A stretch of DNA of 63,748 bases, filler included, from Chiloscyllium plagiosum (taxonomy: Eukaryota): NCBI RefSeq assembly GCF_004010195.1. It is 4 parts of one record of this genome, joined end to end, with 100 filler letters (N's around TTAATTAATTAA, not from the genome) between each part and the next. Parts side by side here need not be neighbours in the genome. Positions count along the whole stretch, not along the records: positions 1 to 29,453 come from NC_057712.1; 3 more parts are not named here. One strand, given 5' to 3'. Shown one piece after another: positions 1-11,449 of the stretch (the stretch's first letter is position 1; each line of letters begins with the position of its first letter). A program made the position numbers and the translations under genes. Below the pieces are notes generated by a model. It made no database searches. It was not told where the DNA came from and saw only the letters and a program-made list of their open reading frames with translations.

Positions 1-157
1 AACGGGCGGTGCGGGGTTGTGGGACTATGAGGTTGGAGGCGGTGGATGGGAGGTCCCCTGAGGTGATGAGGTTATGGATGGTCTGGGAGATGATGGTTTG
101 GTGGTGGGGGGTGGGGTCATGGTCAAGGGGGCGGTAGGAGGAGGTATCTGCAAGCTG
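1..157 (-). mobile_element. Penelope-like element, RT N-terminal fragment (continues outside the window)
   Basis: Minus strand reads QLADTSSYRPLDHDPTPHHQTIISQTIHNLITSGDLPSTASNLIVPQPRTAR, typical of the PLE region just before the PKIHK motif. Confidence 0.75.
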
Positions 158-224
158 GACCAACTTAATAGCCCCAATCAGGGAATTCCTATGAGATCCA
201 CTTGGCTGTCCTCATTACAATCAC
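158..224 (-). repeat. LTR 5'-end fragment related to the LTR at 57434
   Basis: Reverse complement tgtgattgtaatgagg...tggatctcata...tgattgggg resembles 57434-57505. Confidence 0.45.
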
Positions 225-254
225 AGAAAGCCAGGCAGCATCAAGAAGTCGAAT

Positions 255-650
255 TGCCAAACTAACCACATCGCAAATTGGAGGAAACAACACCTCATCT
301 TCCGCCTGGGCAGCGTACAGCCCAGAGGACTCAACATTGAGTTCTCCAATTTCAAATAACCTCCCTTCTCAGCCCCTCCCCATCTCTTCCATTCCTTCCT
401 GCCACCAACCAGATTCATTCCTCCAATTGACCAACCAGGTCATACCCTCTACCTATCTTCACCTATCCCTTCCTCACCACCCTGCCCTTGCTACCCTCTT
501 TATCTGCAGCTCCCCCACACCCACCCCCGCTCCTGAAGAAGGGCTACACCCGAAACATCGACTTCTCCACCCCCGATGTTGCCTGGCTTGCTGTGTATTT
601 CCAGCCTTCTGTGTGTCTATTTTGGATTCCAACATCTACAGTTTTTTTTT
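255..650 (+). mobile_element. PLE 3' end: GIY-YIG C-terminus plus pseudo-LTR with a hammerhead remnant (530-565)
   Basis: Frameshifted RKLEE/QHLIFRLGSVQPRGLNIEFSNF, then CTGAAGA-agggctacaccc-GAAAC-ATC. Confidence 0.75.
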
Positions 651-799
651 ATCTCATTCCAATCATGACATGTTGCACTGTCAGAAGAGCCTTTTTCTGG
701 ATAAGAGGTTAAAAAAAGATCCCACCTCTCTCATAGATATAAAAGATCCCATGGCACTATTTCGATCCAGAACAGGTGAGACTTTTGTAGACAATTCCC

Positions 800-3365
800 T
801 AAGATCTAATTACCTATATCTAAGGGTCTTAAATGAAGTGGCAGCAGAGATCATTGGTTGCAATATTCTAAAATTCGTTTCATGTTCGAAAGGTTCTTGT
901 GGTTGGGAAATGTGCGAATATAACAATGTTCCTTTCAAAAAGGAAGAGAGGCAGAAAGTAGGAAACTTACAGACCAGTTAATGAAATTTGTCATTGGGGA
1001 ATTGTTAGAATTCACTATTGAGGGAACAGACATAGAGTCATAGAGATGTACAGCATGGAAACAAATCCTTCGGTCCAACCTGTCCATGCTGACCAGATAT
1101 CCCAACCTAATTTAGTCCCACCTGCCAGCACCCGGCCCATTTCCCTCCAAACCCTTCCTATTCATATACCCATCCAAATGCCTCTTAAATGTTGCAATTG
1201 TACCAGCCTCCACCACATCCTCTGGCAGCTTATTCCATACACGTACCACCCTCTGCATGAATAAGTTGCCCCTTAGGTCTCTTTTATATCTTTCCCCTCT
1301 CACCCTAAACCTATGCCCTCTAGTTCTAGACTCCCTGACCCCAGGGAAAAGACTTTGTCTATTTATCCTATCCATGCCCCTCATAATTTTGTAAACATCT
1401 GGAAAGTTAAAATGCAATTCATCAGAATCAGCATGGTTTTATGAAGGGTAGATCATAATTGACTAATTTGAGTTTTTTGAAGTTTTGACATGTATAGCAT
1501 AGCATAATGTATCTGGCTTTTGATAAAGTGCCACACAAAAGATTAATACACATAAGGTAAAGTCATAGAGGGCGTCAGGTAACTTATCAGTTTAGACAGA
1601 GGATTGGCTAACCGATGGGAAGCAGTGAGTCCATGTGTATGGATTGGCAAGATGTAATTAGTTGGGTGCTGTAGAGTCCTGTCTTTGGTCCCCAACTATT
1701 CACAATCTATATTAAAGTATTAGATGCAGGAATAGAAGGTACAATAGCCAAGTTTGAAGATGACACTAAAATAGGTGGGAAAGTAGGTTGCAATGAAAAA
1801 ATAAGTTTACAAATGGATATAAACAGAGAGTTTACTGTGGATGTGGATGAGGTTATCCATTTTGGCCCTAGGAATAAGAAGAGTATTTATTCCCTAGAAG
1901 GAGAGAAACAGGGTGTCACAGAAAAGTGGAATGCAGTTACAACAGGTAATATGGAAGATAAATGGAATTTGGCAGTTATTGCTCCAGGGGTAGAGTATAA
2001 AAATAGGGAAGTGTTGCTGTTACTGTACAAGGCTTTAAATGAACACAGAGTATTGTGTTTGGTTTTGGTCTCCTTACTTGAGGAATGTAGTTGCATTAGA
2101 TTTAGTTCAGAAGAGGCTCAGTAGATTGATTCCAGAATTTGAGGGGCCTGTCTTATAAAGAGAGATTGTGCGGTTTAGGCCCATGATTCTGGTGTTCAGA
2201 AGAGATCTAACTGAGGTACATAATATGCTAAAGGGGATTAACAAAGTAGATGAAGGGAGCATATTTTCTTGTATAGAATCGTAGTTTTAGGAAATTGGAT
2301 AGCATATTTTAAAGAGTGAAGAAGAGAAATTCACTCAAAGGGTCATGAGTCTGTGGAATTCACTATCGTAGAGTGAGGTGGATGCCAGGGCAATGAGTAA
2401 ATTTAAAGAGAAAATAGATTTTCATTTAGTAATGGATTGAAAGATTACGGAGAGTGGACAGGAAAGTGAAGTTGATGCCACGATGAGATCAGTTATAGAA
2501 TCATAGAGTCATAGAAATGTACTGCATGGAAACTGACCGTTCAGTCCAACCCGTCTATGCTGACTAAACTAATCTAGTCCCATTTGCGAACACTTGGCCC
2601 GCATTCCTCTGAACCCTTCCGATTCATGTACCATTCTAATGCTTTTTAAGTGGAGGCTGGTACAATTACAACAACACTTCCTCTGGCAGCTCATTCCATA
2701 TATACACCACCTTCTGTGTGAAACATTTGTACCTTTCAAATGTTTTCCCTGTCACACTAAACCTATGCCATCTAGTTCTGGACTCCCCCACCCCAGGAAA
2801 ACTACTTGTCTATTTACCCTATCCATGCCTCTTGTGATCTTATAAACCTCTATAAGGTCACCCCTCAGTCTCCGATGCTCCAGGGACAACAGCCCCAACC
2901 TTTTCAGCCTCTCCCTATAGCTCAAACCCTCCAATCCTGGCAACATTCTTGTAAATCTTTTCTGAACTCTTTCAAGTTTCACAACATCCTTCCAATAGGA
3001 GTGAGACCAGAATTGCGCGCACAGTTCCAAAAGTGCCTAACCAATGTCCCGTGCTGCCGCAATATGGTCTCCCAATTCTTATACTTGATGCTCTGACCAA
3101 TAAAGGAAAACATGCTAAACGCCTTCTTTACTAACCTCTCTACCTGCGACTCCACTTTCAATGAGTTATGAACCTGCACCCCAAAGTCTGTTTGTTCAGC
3201 AACACCTGACCATTAAGTGGTATAAGTCCTGCCCTGATTTGCCTTTCCAAAATGCTACACCTCACATTTGTCTAAATTAAACTTCACCTCCCAGTCCTCT
3301 TATGATGATTTTGAATGGTGGAGCAGGCTCGAGGTGCTGAATTGCCTACTGTTCCTAGATCTTAT
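800..3365. mobile_element. Nested CR1 LINE fragments: an old plus-strand copy interrupted by two minus-strand HER1-like 3' ends (about 1030-1400 and 2495-3295)
   Basis: CR1 ORF2 motifs LERVQKRFTRMLPGL, RRLRGDLIEVYKI and FMQRVVRVWNKLP; CTATGACT-type tails. Confidence 0.85.
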
Positions 3366-3629
3366 GTGCTTAAACACCCCAGGTATATGTCTCGTTAATA
3401 ATACTGCCTATTAGGACTTTTCTTTACACATGTTGACTCTCCTATTTCATATATTAGAGTAGTGATTAAAGTTTAAATGTACTTCATTGGCTGTGAATTA
3501 CTTGGGGATTACTAGTAGACATGTGAAGTACAATACAAATGCAAAAATCCAATGTCTTGACATACAAATACTTTTTGAAGCACCCAGTGTTGTCTATGGG
3601 CAAAGCTAAAATGGATAAAATTCCTTTTG

Positions 3630-4657
3630 TTTATTGGATGGTGTCACTAGATGATGCCTCGGAGATCAGTGTTGGGACCACAATTATTTACAATTTATAC
3701 AGATTATTTGGAGTTGTGGACCACATATATAGGGTCAAAGTTTGCAGATGACACTAAGATGAGTGGCAGAGTAAAGTATGCGGTGGACTGTGAAACTTTG
3801 CAGAGAAATATAGGTACATTGAGTGAATGGGCAAAGGTCCGGCAGATGGATAACAATGTTAATAAATGTGAAGTCATACATTTTGTTAGGAGTAACAGTA
3901 AAAAAAGCTTATTACTTGAATGGTAAAAAGTTGCAGCATGCTGTTATGCACAGGGACCTGGGTATCCTTGTGCGTGAATCACAGAAGGTTGATCTGCAGG
4001 TACAACAACTACAGTAATTAGGAAGGCAAATGGAATTTTGTCCTTCATTGCTAAAGGGGTTGAGTTTAAAAGCAGAGAGGTAATTATTACAGCTGTACAA
4101 GATGCTGGTGACGTGACACCTGGAGTATTGTGTGCAGTTTTTGTCTCCTCACTTGAGAAAGGATGTACTGGCACTGGAGGGGTTGCAGAGAAGGTCCATT
4201 AGGTTAATTCTGGAGTTGAGGGGGTTGCCTTATGAGGAGAGACTGAGTAGATTGGGATTATATTCATTGGAATTCAGAAGAACGAGGGGGGATCTTATAG
4301 AAACATATAAAGTTATGAAGGGAATCGATAAAATAGAAATAGATAGGATGTTTCCACTGGCAGGTGAAGCTAGGACAAGAGAGAATAGCCTTAAGATTAG
4401 TGGGAGCAGATTTAGGACTGAATCGAGAAGGAACTTCTTCATACAGAGGGTTATTAATTTATGGAATTCCTTGCACAGGGAAGTAGCTGATGCTACTTCA
4501 AGCTAAGGTTTTTTTTTGGAAAATTAAAGAAATTAAGAATATGGTGAGAACGTGAGTAAGTGGAGCTGAGTCCAAGAAAAGATTTGCCATGATCTTATTG
4601 AGTGGCAGAGCAGGATTGAAGTGAAGGATGGCCTATTCCTGCTCCTAGTTCTTATGC
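3630..4657 (+). mobile_element. CR1 LINE 3' portion (decayed)
   Basis: SVLGPQLF, SKFADDTK and LGLYSLEFRRTRGDLIETYK, followed by the CR1 3' UTR. Confidence 0.85.
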
Positions 4658-4659
4658 CA

Positions 4660-5400
4660 TCCATCAACATTGGAAAGAATGTTTCCAAAAGCTCCTCAAC
4701 CATGAATCCAAAGAGACAATGGATATTCTCCAGGCTATACCCTTGTAATCTATGTTAGAATAATTGATATTATTCTCCCAGACAAACAGATGTGGTCCTG
4801 ACGATATTCCTGCTGTTATGTTGCACTTATCCTGTGTATTTGGAAGGAGAAACTCTGAAATATGTTCAGTACTTTATACAACTTGAAAGTCACCATCGAT
4901 GAGATCAACTGCTCTAGTCCAAACTTCTGCAAATTACAGCGAAGACCTCCAAGTCAATAGAGATTCTAGCATACAGCGCAGTTATCATCACCATTTTCCT
5001 GCACCATAGTGACATTTGAAATATGCCTCATCATATAAGAATGCAGAAGAAATTCCACCAACAATACCTGCATCACTACACTGAGATCAATTGGGAGGAC
5101 AATTAAATAAGCACTAGTGTCTTTGTTGAAGCCAATTCCACAACCCAGCAGGCAAAACCCCTTCAATACCAACTACTGTTGGATGCCCTGAATGCATCTT
5201 CCCCAAAACTCAAATGGCTGATGTTCCAGAGGAGAACAAGGACAATGCTGCAAGTACATTCTAAAAATCTCCTTGAAACATGACAGCGTTGATGTTAATC
5301 AACTGGGAGGATTTCTCGAATACACGTTCAAAATGGGAATAGCTTATCCAACAAGCTTTTCACACCGAGTCTAAACATCTTATGTTGGGCAAAGCAGCCC
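4660..5400 (+). mobile_element. Highly decayed LINE, probably RTE clade
   Basis: Only scattered RTE-like remnants (cattggaaagaatgtttccaaaagctcctcaac; atcaattgggaggac); no intact frame. Confidence 0.35.
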
Positions 5401-6027
5401 CAGAGAATGAAAGAAATGGAAGAATATTCTATATTTGGTTCCCACTATATTGTGTGTGTCCTCTGGAGAAGGTACAAGGATGTTGCCAATTATATAAAGA
5501 GATTGGATAAACTGGTAAAATTTTACATAGAATATAGAAGATTGAGATCTATAAAATTGAGGGACATACAATAGTGGTAGTCAGGAAAAAAAGATTTCCC
5601 CTGGTGAAGGGTCAATAACAAGAGGTCATAGATTTAAGCTAAGGGGCAGAACGTTTAGAGGGGATGTGTGGAAAAACTTTGTCAACCATAGATTGTTGGG
5701 AATCTGGAACTCACTGACTGGAAGGATGGTGGGGCCAGAGACCTTTAGAATGTTTAGGTAGTATTTAATTGTGCATGTACAATGTCAAGGTGTACAAGGC
5801 TATGGAAAAATTGCTAAAAAATTGATTAACAAAATGAGATGGTTATTCTTGACAAATACGGCACAATAGACTAAAGCACCTTTCTCTGTGCTGTGGATCT
5901 CTGTGAATAATGAATTAGTTTGAGTTCATAAAGTACAATTATATTTTTATTATACTTTAGTATTTTAGGAATCAAGGTGATCAACTGAAGCCAGATGCGT
6001 TCTTCAATACTGGATATAATTGTCTTG

Positions 6028-6224
6028 GAGTCAACAGAGTTGTGCTGAAAAAGCACAGCAGGTCAGACCGCATCAGAGAAGCAGGAAAATCGACGTTCCG
6101 GGTCAGAGGCTTTTGCTCGAAACATCGATGTTCCTGCTTCTCTGATGCTACCTGACCTGCTGTGCTTTTCCAGCACCACACTGTTGTCTCTGATAGCTCT
6201 AGCATCTGCAGTTCTCTCTTTTGC
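6028..6224. mobile_element. Short palindromic PLE pseudo-LTR insertion
   Basis: Inverted arms centred on a hammerhead remnant (6087-6130). Flanking direct repeat ataattgtcttgga(g/t)tcaaca at 6016-6036 and 6225-6245. Confidence 0.75.
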
Positions 6225-6379
6225 ATAATTGTCTTGGATTCAACATGTTATTAAGCTGCATCTCTTTTTGAGTCTGTGAGTTCTGCCTCTCACTCCATGA
6301 GCTCTTGAGCTAACCTTTCATTCAAGTAGATATGATTGAAATATTTCAAGGGTTTTGAGTGTGCTGTGCTGTAAAGTAC

Positions 6380-6918
6380 ATAAAATGCCTTCATACTGGG
6401 GGCCTTAGCTATCTGAACGTTGACTTGGACAGTGATAGCATTAAGGATGGAGAGGGACAAGCATTCATAGATTGTGTTCAAGAGAATTTAGTACTGTGGT
6501 ACATGATTGGTCCAGCAAGAAAAGATACTTTGTTAAACCTGGCTCTTGAAATGGGCCAATCGGATCAAACATCAGTGGATGATCATTTTGGAGATGGTGA
6601 TTATTATATCGTAAGGTTTAGAATGATATTAGAAAAGGACAGTTGGTAATCTATTGTGAGAATAATTAACTGAAAGAAAGCCATCTTCAGTGGGGGAAAG
6701 AACTGGCTGGGCCAGATAAACTGAAATAGAATGATAATGGAAAACCTGTAGCTGAACCTCTGGACAAAATCATGGTATGTTCTCTCAGGGAAAAGGAGAG
6801 TAAACAAATGCAGGGATTCCTGGGTGACAAACGAGCTAGAAATTATGTTCAAGAAAAGGTATGGTCATGACAGGTGCCTGGTAGGAAACACAATTGAGAG
6901 CCAAGAGGAATACAGAAA
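6380..6918 (+). mobile_element. CR1 endonuclease-region fragment
   Basis: FIDCVQEN...LLNL...HFGDGD, a decayed form of the CR1 APE motifs. Confidence 0.6.
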
Positions 6919-7479
6919 GCATGAAGTTGAAGACGTGGACTGTACCTTTGAGAGTGAATGCAGGAACCTGTCATGTGACTGACAGCAGTCTCAGTCTGTA
7001 CTGGAAAATTGAAAATATGTAACATTTGGCTGCTATGTTCACAACATTTTGAATTTGACCAATCAATTTAAATTATGCCCCAAGATACTAAAACCCAATC
7101 GAATTTGAATTTTGATAACATCGGACCAATGAGACTATCCAATGTTGGGGGTTTAAATGTTGACAGTTAGCCAGATAGAGCAGCATCTGCCATTTGAATG
7201 ACTACTATTCACCACATTCTCCTGCTTCTCGGATGCTGCCTGACATGCTATGCTTTTCCAGCTCCACTCTAATCTAGATTCACCACACTTTGTCAACGGT
7301 ACCTTTTTCATATGAAACATCTTTGCAGCACAAGACTGAAGATGATCCAAGGAGATCTACAAACAGAGGATGATGACAGCCACTGTCTGATTTTGAAAAT
7401 TGATTTGTTGTAAATTTAGTAAGGATTTTATCAGATCAGTTTATTGTTAGAGTGGGAGGTAGATAACAAATCTTGAACT

Positions 7480-9582
7480 GAATTGAAGTTATTGTCATGT
7501 GTACCAAGGCCCAGTGAAAAGCTTTGTCTTGCGAGCAATACAGGCAGCTCGCAGAGTTAAGTAGCATAGATAAGTAAATAATAGGTGACCAGCAGCAAAA
7601 ACAAAAACACAAGTACAGGCCGAGATTTGACCGAGTATGGTGGTGTCATCAGCGAACTTGTAAATGGCATTAATCTGGTATTTGCCGACGCAGTCATGGG
7701 TATACAGTGATTTGGAGATGCCGGTGTTGGACTGGGGTGTACAAAGTTAAAAATCACAGTGTACAGTAGGGGGCTGAGTACACCTCCCCCCACCCCGGGG
7801 AGCTCTAGTGTTGAGTGTTGGTGAGGGTGAAATATTGTCCCCAATCTTCACTGATTGTGGCCTGTGGGACAGGAAACTGAGGATCCAGTTGCAGAGAGTG
7901 GGGCTTAGTCCAAGATCGCTAAGTTTAGTAATCAGTCTCGAGGGGATAATACTGTTGAAGGCTGAACTGTAGTCAATGAGTAGGATTCTTACGTAGGTGT
8001 TCTTGGTGCCAAGATGTTCTCGGGAGGAGTGAAGGGCAAGTGATATGGTATCTGACGTGGATCTGTTGGTCTAATAGGCAAATTGAAATAGGTCAAGAAT
8101 AAATTAGATTAGATTCCCTACAGTGTGGAAACAGGCCCTTCGGCCCAACACATCCACACCTACCCTCAAGAATAACCCACCCACACCCATTTCCCATTCA
8201 CTAATGCACGTAATACTATGGGCAATTTTCCATGACCAATTCACCTAACCTGCACATCTTTGGACTATGGGAGGAAACCGGAGCACCCGGAGGAAATCCA
8301 CGCAGACACGGGGAGAATGTGCAAACTCCACACAGACAGTCGCCGAAGGCTGGAATCGAACCTGGGTCCCTGGTGCTGTGAGGCAGCAGTGCTAGCCACT
8401 GAGCCATCATGCCACCCATAGTGGGGAGGCTGGAGTTGAGAAATGCCATGACGAGCCTTTCAAAGCACTTCATGACCACTATAGTTAGGGCCACTGGGCG
8501 GTAGTCATTGACACGTGCTGCATCAGCTGCCTTAGGCACAGGGATGGTGTTGGCCTTCTTGAAACAGGCAGGGACAGTGGTCAGCTGCAGGGAGAAGTTG
8601 AAGATGCCCGAGAAGACCTCTGCCAGTTGACCTGCACATGATCTGAGTGCACAGCTTGACACTCCGCCAGGTCCCATTGCTTTCCTTGGATTCACATGAA
8701 GGAAAACTGATCTGACCTCTGATGCAGTTGGGATAGGTTTGTCAGGACTTGGCAGAATAGGTGCTACCTCTTCGTTGAAAGTCTGCTCAAGGCATGCACC
8801 AAAGGCATTCAGATGATCTGGAAGGGATGTGTCATCGTCTGCTATCTCGCACTGTCTCTTTTTAAAACCTGTGATTTTTTCAATCCTTGCCATAGCTGCC
8901 GGATGTCTGTCTGGGCCTCTAGTTTGGATCGGTATTGGTCCTAGGCTGTCTTAATGGCTCTGCAAAGATCATACTTGGATTCGTTATATTTGAGTGGGTC
9001 TCCTGATCTGAAGGCCTTACGCCTGGTGTTTAGCAAGTTCTGCACACCCTGATTCAGCCAGGATTTCCTGTTGGGGAGCACCTGGATTGACTTCCTTGTT
9101 ATGCAGTCCTCCACACACTTGCTGATAAAGTCTGTGACGGTCATGGTGTACTTGTTCAAGGTACCTGTGGATGTTTGAACATGGTCCAATCAGTCGATTC
9201 CAGACAGCACCAGAGTTGATCCTCTGCCTCCTCTGACCAGCACTGGACCTGTATCCACGAGGGGGTCTCCTGCTTGAGCTTTTGCCTGTAAGCCAGGAGA
9301 AGAAACGCAGCATTGTGGTTGGAGTTCCTGAAATGAGGATGGGGAATAGAATGGTAGGCATTTTCACAGTGGTGTAGCAGTGATCTAAAATGTTCGGGCC
9401 CCTGATGGGGCAGGTAATATTCTGGTGGTATTTGGGCAACACTTTCCTTAGATTGTCTTGATTGAAGTCACCAGTTACAATAAACAGGACCTCAGGGTGT
9501 CCCGTCTCCAGGGTGTTAGTGGTGGAGTACAGCATTTCCAGAGCTTCCTCAACCTTGGCTAGTGACGGTATATACACAGCAG
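7480..9582 (-). mobile_element. Rex1/Babar-like LINE (APE and RT remnants), internally deleted
   Basis: FIVTGDFNQ...ILDHCYT; SLPDHLNAF...VNPRKAMGP...VPACFK...NDYRPVALTIVVMKCFERLV. Confidence 0.85.
8103..8418 (-). mobile_element. HE1-type V-SINE inserted in Rex1
   Basis: tRNA-like head with A/B boxes (tggctcagtgg...ggttcgattcc), V-domain, aatct tail. Confidence 0.85.
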
Positions 9583-9753
9583 TTTTTAAGACAAAGGAGG
9601 CTTAGAGTTCTAAATAGTTGTTGTTTAATATGCATTTCAGTGATATAGAATGAAATTGTATTTTCTTTCTTTAAATAGTGGAATTTGGGTAGTTCTCTAT
9701 CAGTCAAACTTTAACAGATTATGAGACGAGGCAAGCTTTTCTGTGTTTGGTTT

Positions 9754-10079
9754 AATTAGATTTAGATTAGATTAGATTCCCTACAGTGTGGAAACAGGCC
9801 TTTCGGCCCAACAAGTCCACACCAATTCTCCAAAGAGTAACCCACCCAGACGCATTTCCCTCTGACTAATGCACCTAACACTATGGGCAATTTAGCATGA
9901 TCAATTCATCTAATCAGCACATCTTTGGACTGTGGGAGGAAACCAGAGCACCCAGAGGAAACCCATGCAGACACGGGGAGAATGTGCAAACTCCACACAG
10001 TCACCCGAGGCTGGAATTGAACCCGGGTCCCTGGCACTGTGAGGCAGCAGTACTAACCACTGAAGCACCGTGCCACCCC
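9754..10079 (-). mobile_element. HE1-type V-SINE
   Basis: Same structure as 38112-38431 in reverse, with (AATCT)n tail. Confidence 0.85.
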
Positions 10080-10679
10080 AGAAGTATTAACTGCCGTGTC
10101 ATAACATTTTAGTGAAAGAAAGTGCTTTTGATTAATGACTGGACATATAGCAGAATCTCAAAGTCTTTGGCAAGTAGGTATTGAAAGGGAGGGTTTCAGT
10201 TAATCATAGGCCAAGTGGGAATTGACACCTGGAGGTTGGGGCATAATTGAGGTGCTAAATAAATATTTGGCACCCTGGCCATGGTGATACAGGAGAGAAC
10301 TCTGCCATGAGAAGAGTTCAAAATTGAGAAGGAACAATTGTTGGATTTAATCTGAAGACTGAAAGTTACTACTTTTAGTATTCTTAGATGCAAGAGTGGA
10401 CGTTGCTATAATCTTTCAGTCTTGCCAGGATTCAGAGAAGCTTAATTCGGGGAATTGGCGAATTGCAAATATTATTTCATTGTTTAGAAAATATTCTGAG
10501 GATAAGCACAGCAATTACGGAGGAGTCAGTTTAATTTCAGTGGTGGGGAATCTTCTAGAGACAAGAATTCAGCAAAGTTTGCTGAATTTGCTGGTTTGCA
10601 TAGGAGGACACCATTCAGAATTCTGAGGGAGAAACATGTTTAACTAACTTGTTGGATTTTTTTTGAAGCAGTAACAGCT

Positions 10680-11190
10680 ATTTACAACTCCTTTCTCTTT
10701 AACCTGGCTTTTATCTTTTCTTCCATCTTTGGCTGCACAACTTTTCTTTGGCAAAAGTGAGTACTGCAGATGCTGGAGATTAGCGTGTAGTGCTGAAAAA
10801 ACATAGCCAGTCAGGCAGCATCAAAGGAGCAGGAAAATCGATGTTTCTGGCATAAGCCCTTTATCAGGAGAGTGGGGGATAACTTTTCTTATGGATTGAT
10901 CCCTTTAAGAGAGCTATTCGGCTAGCAGTCTGTACTTGGTGCTCTTTGCATTTCTGTGCCTAACATTTCAAAATGTCCAATTTTATACCGCAAAACGTTA
11001 GATCACTTCATTTGGTTTGATGTCATCTCAAACAGTAAAATTCAAATTTGATTGGATTTTGGTATCTGGGGCATAATTTAATCTGGCTGAATTTGAATTT
11101 GTTTTTGTTCCATGACAATGCAACTCCAGCTATTTGTTGCAACCAATTTTTATATTTTAAAATTGTTCAGCACAGTTTATGCTTTCAGTC
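10680..11190 (-). repeat. LTR fragment (Gmr1-LTR related) containing a PLE pseudo-LTR insert at about 10752-10880
   Basis: Reverse complement resembles 39880-40140. The insert is flanked by aacttttctt at 10739-10748 and 10881-10890. Confidence 0.55.
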
Positions 11191-11449
11191 AGTCTTTTCC
11201 ACATATTGATACATATTCTAGGGAGAGAAATTCTAGTTATGAAGATTATGTGGAAAGTTGGCCCTGTATTCCTGAAGAGTAGATGGAGGAAACCCACGCA
11301 GACACGGGGAGAATGTGCAAACTCCACACAGTCAGTCGCCTGAGGCGCGCCTGAGGCGGGAATTGAACCTGGGTCTCTGGTGCTGTGAGGCAGCAGTGCT
11401 AACCACCGTGCCACTCCTAATCAAATCCTGTCTTTCTCCAATGCATTTA

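Larger units (their letters stand above)
6920..10106 (+). repeat. Solo LTR related to the Gmr1-like LTRs, split by PLE, Rex1 and HE1 insertions
   Basis: Pieces at about 6920-7210, 7280-7470, 9583-9753 and 10080-10106 are collinear with 39786-40489 (ctgtaccttt, tgtaacatt, aatttaaattat, aaatagttgtt) and end in ...cataaCA. Confidence 0.55.

Noticed and set aside
202..981. 259-aa ORF, the longest in the window
   Set aside because: Chance read-through across an LTR piece, a PLE end and CR1 fragments; no coherent domain.
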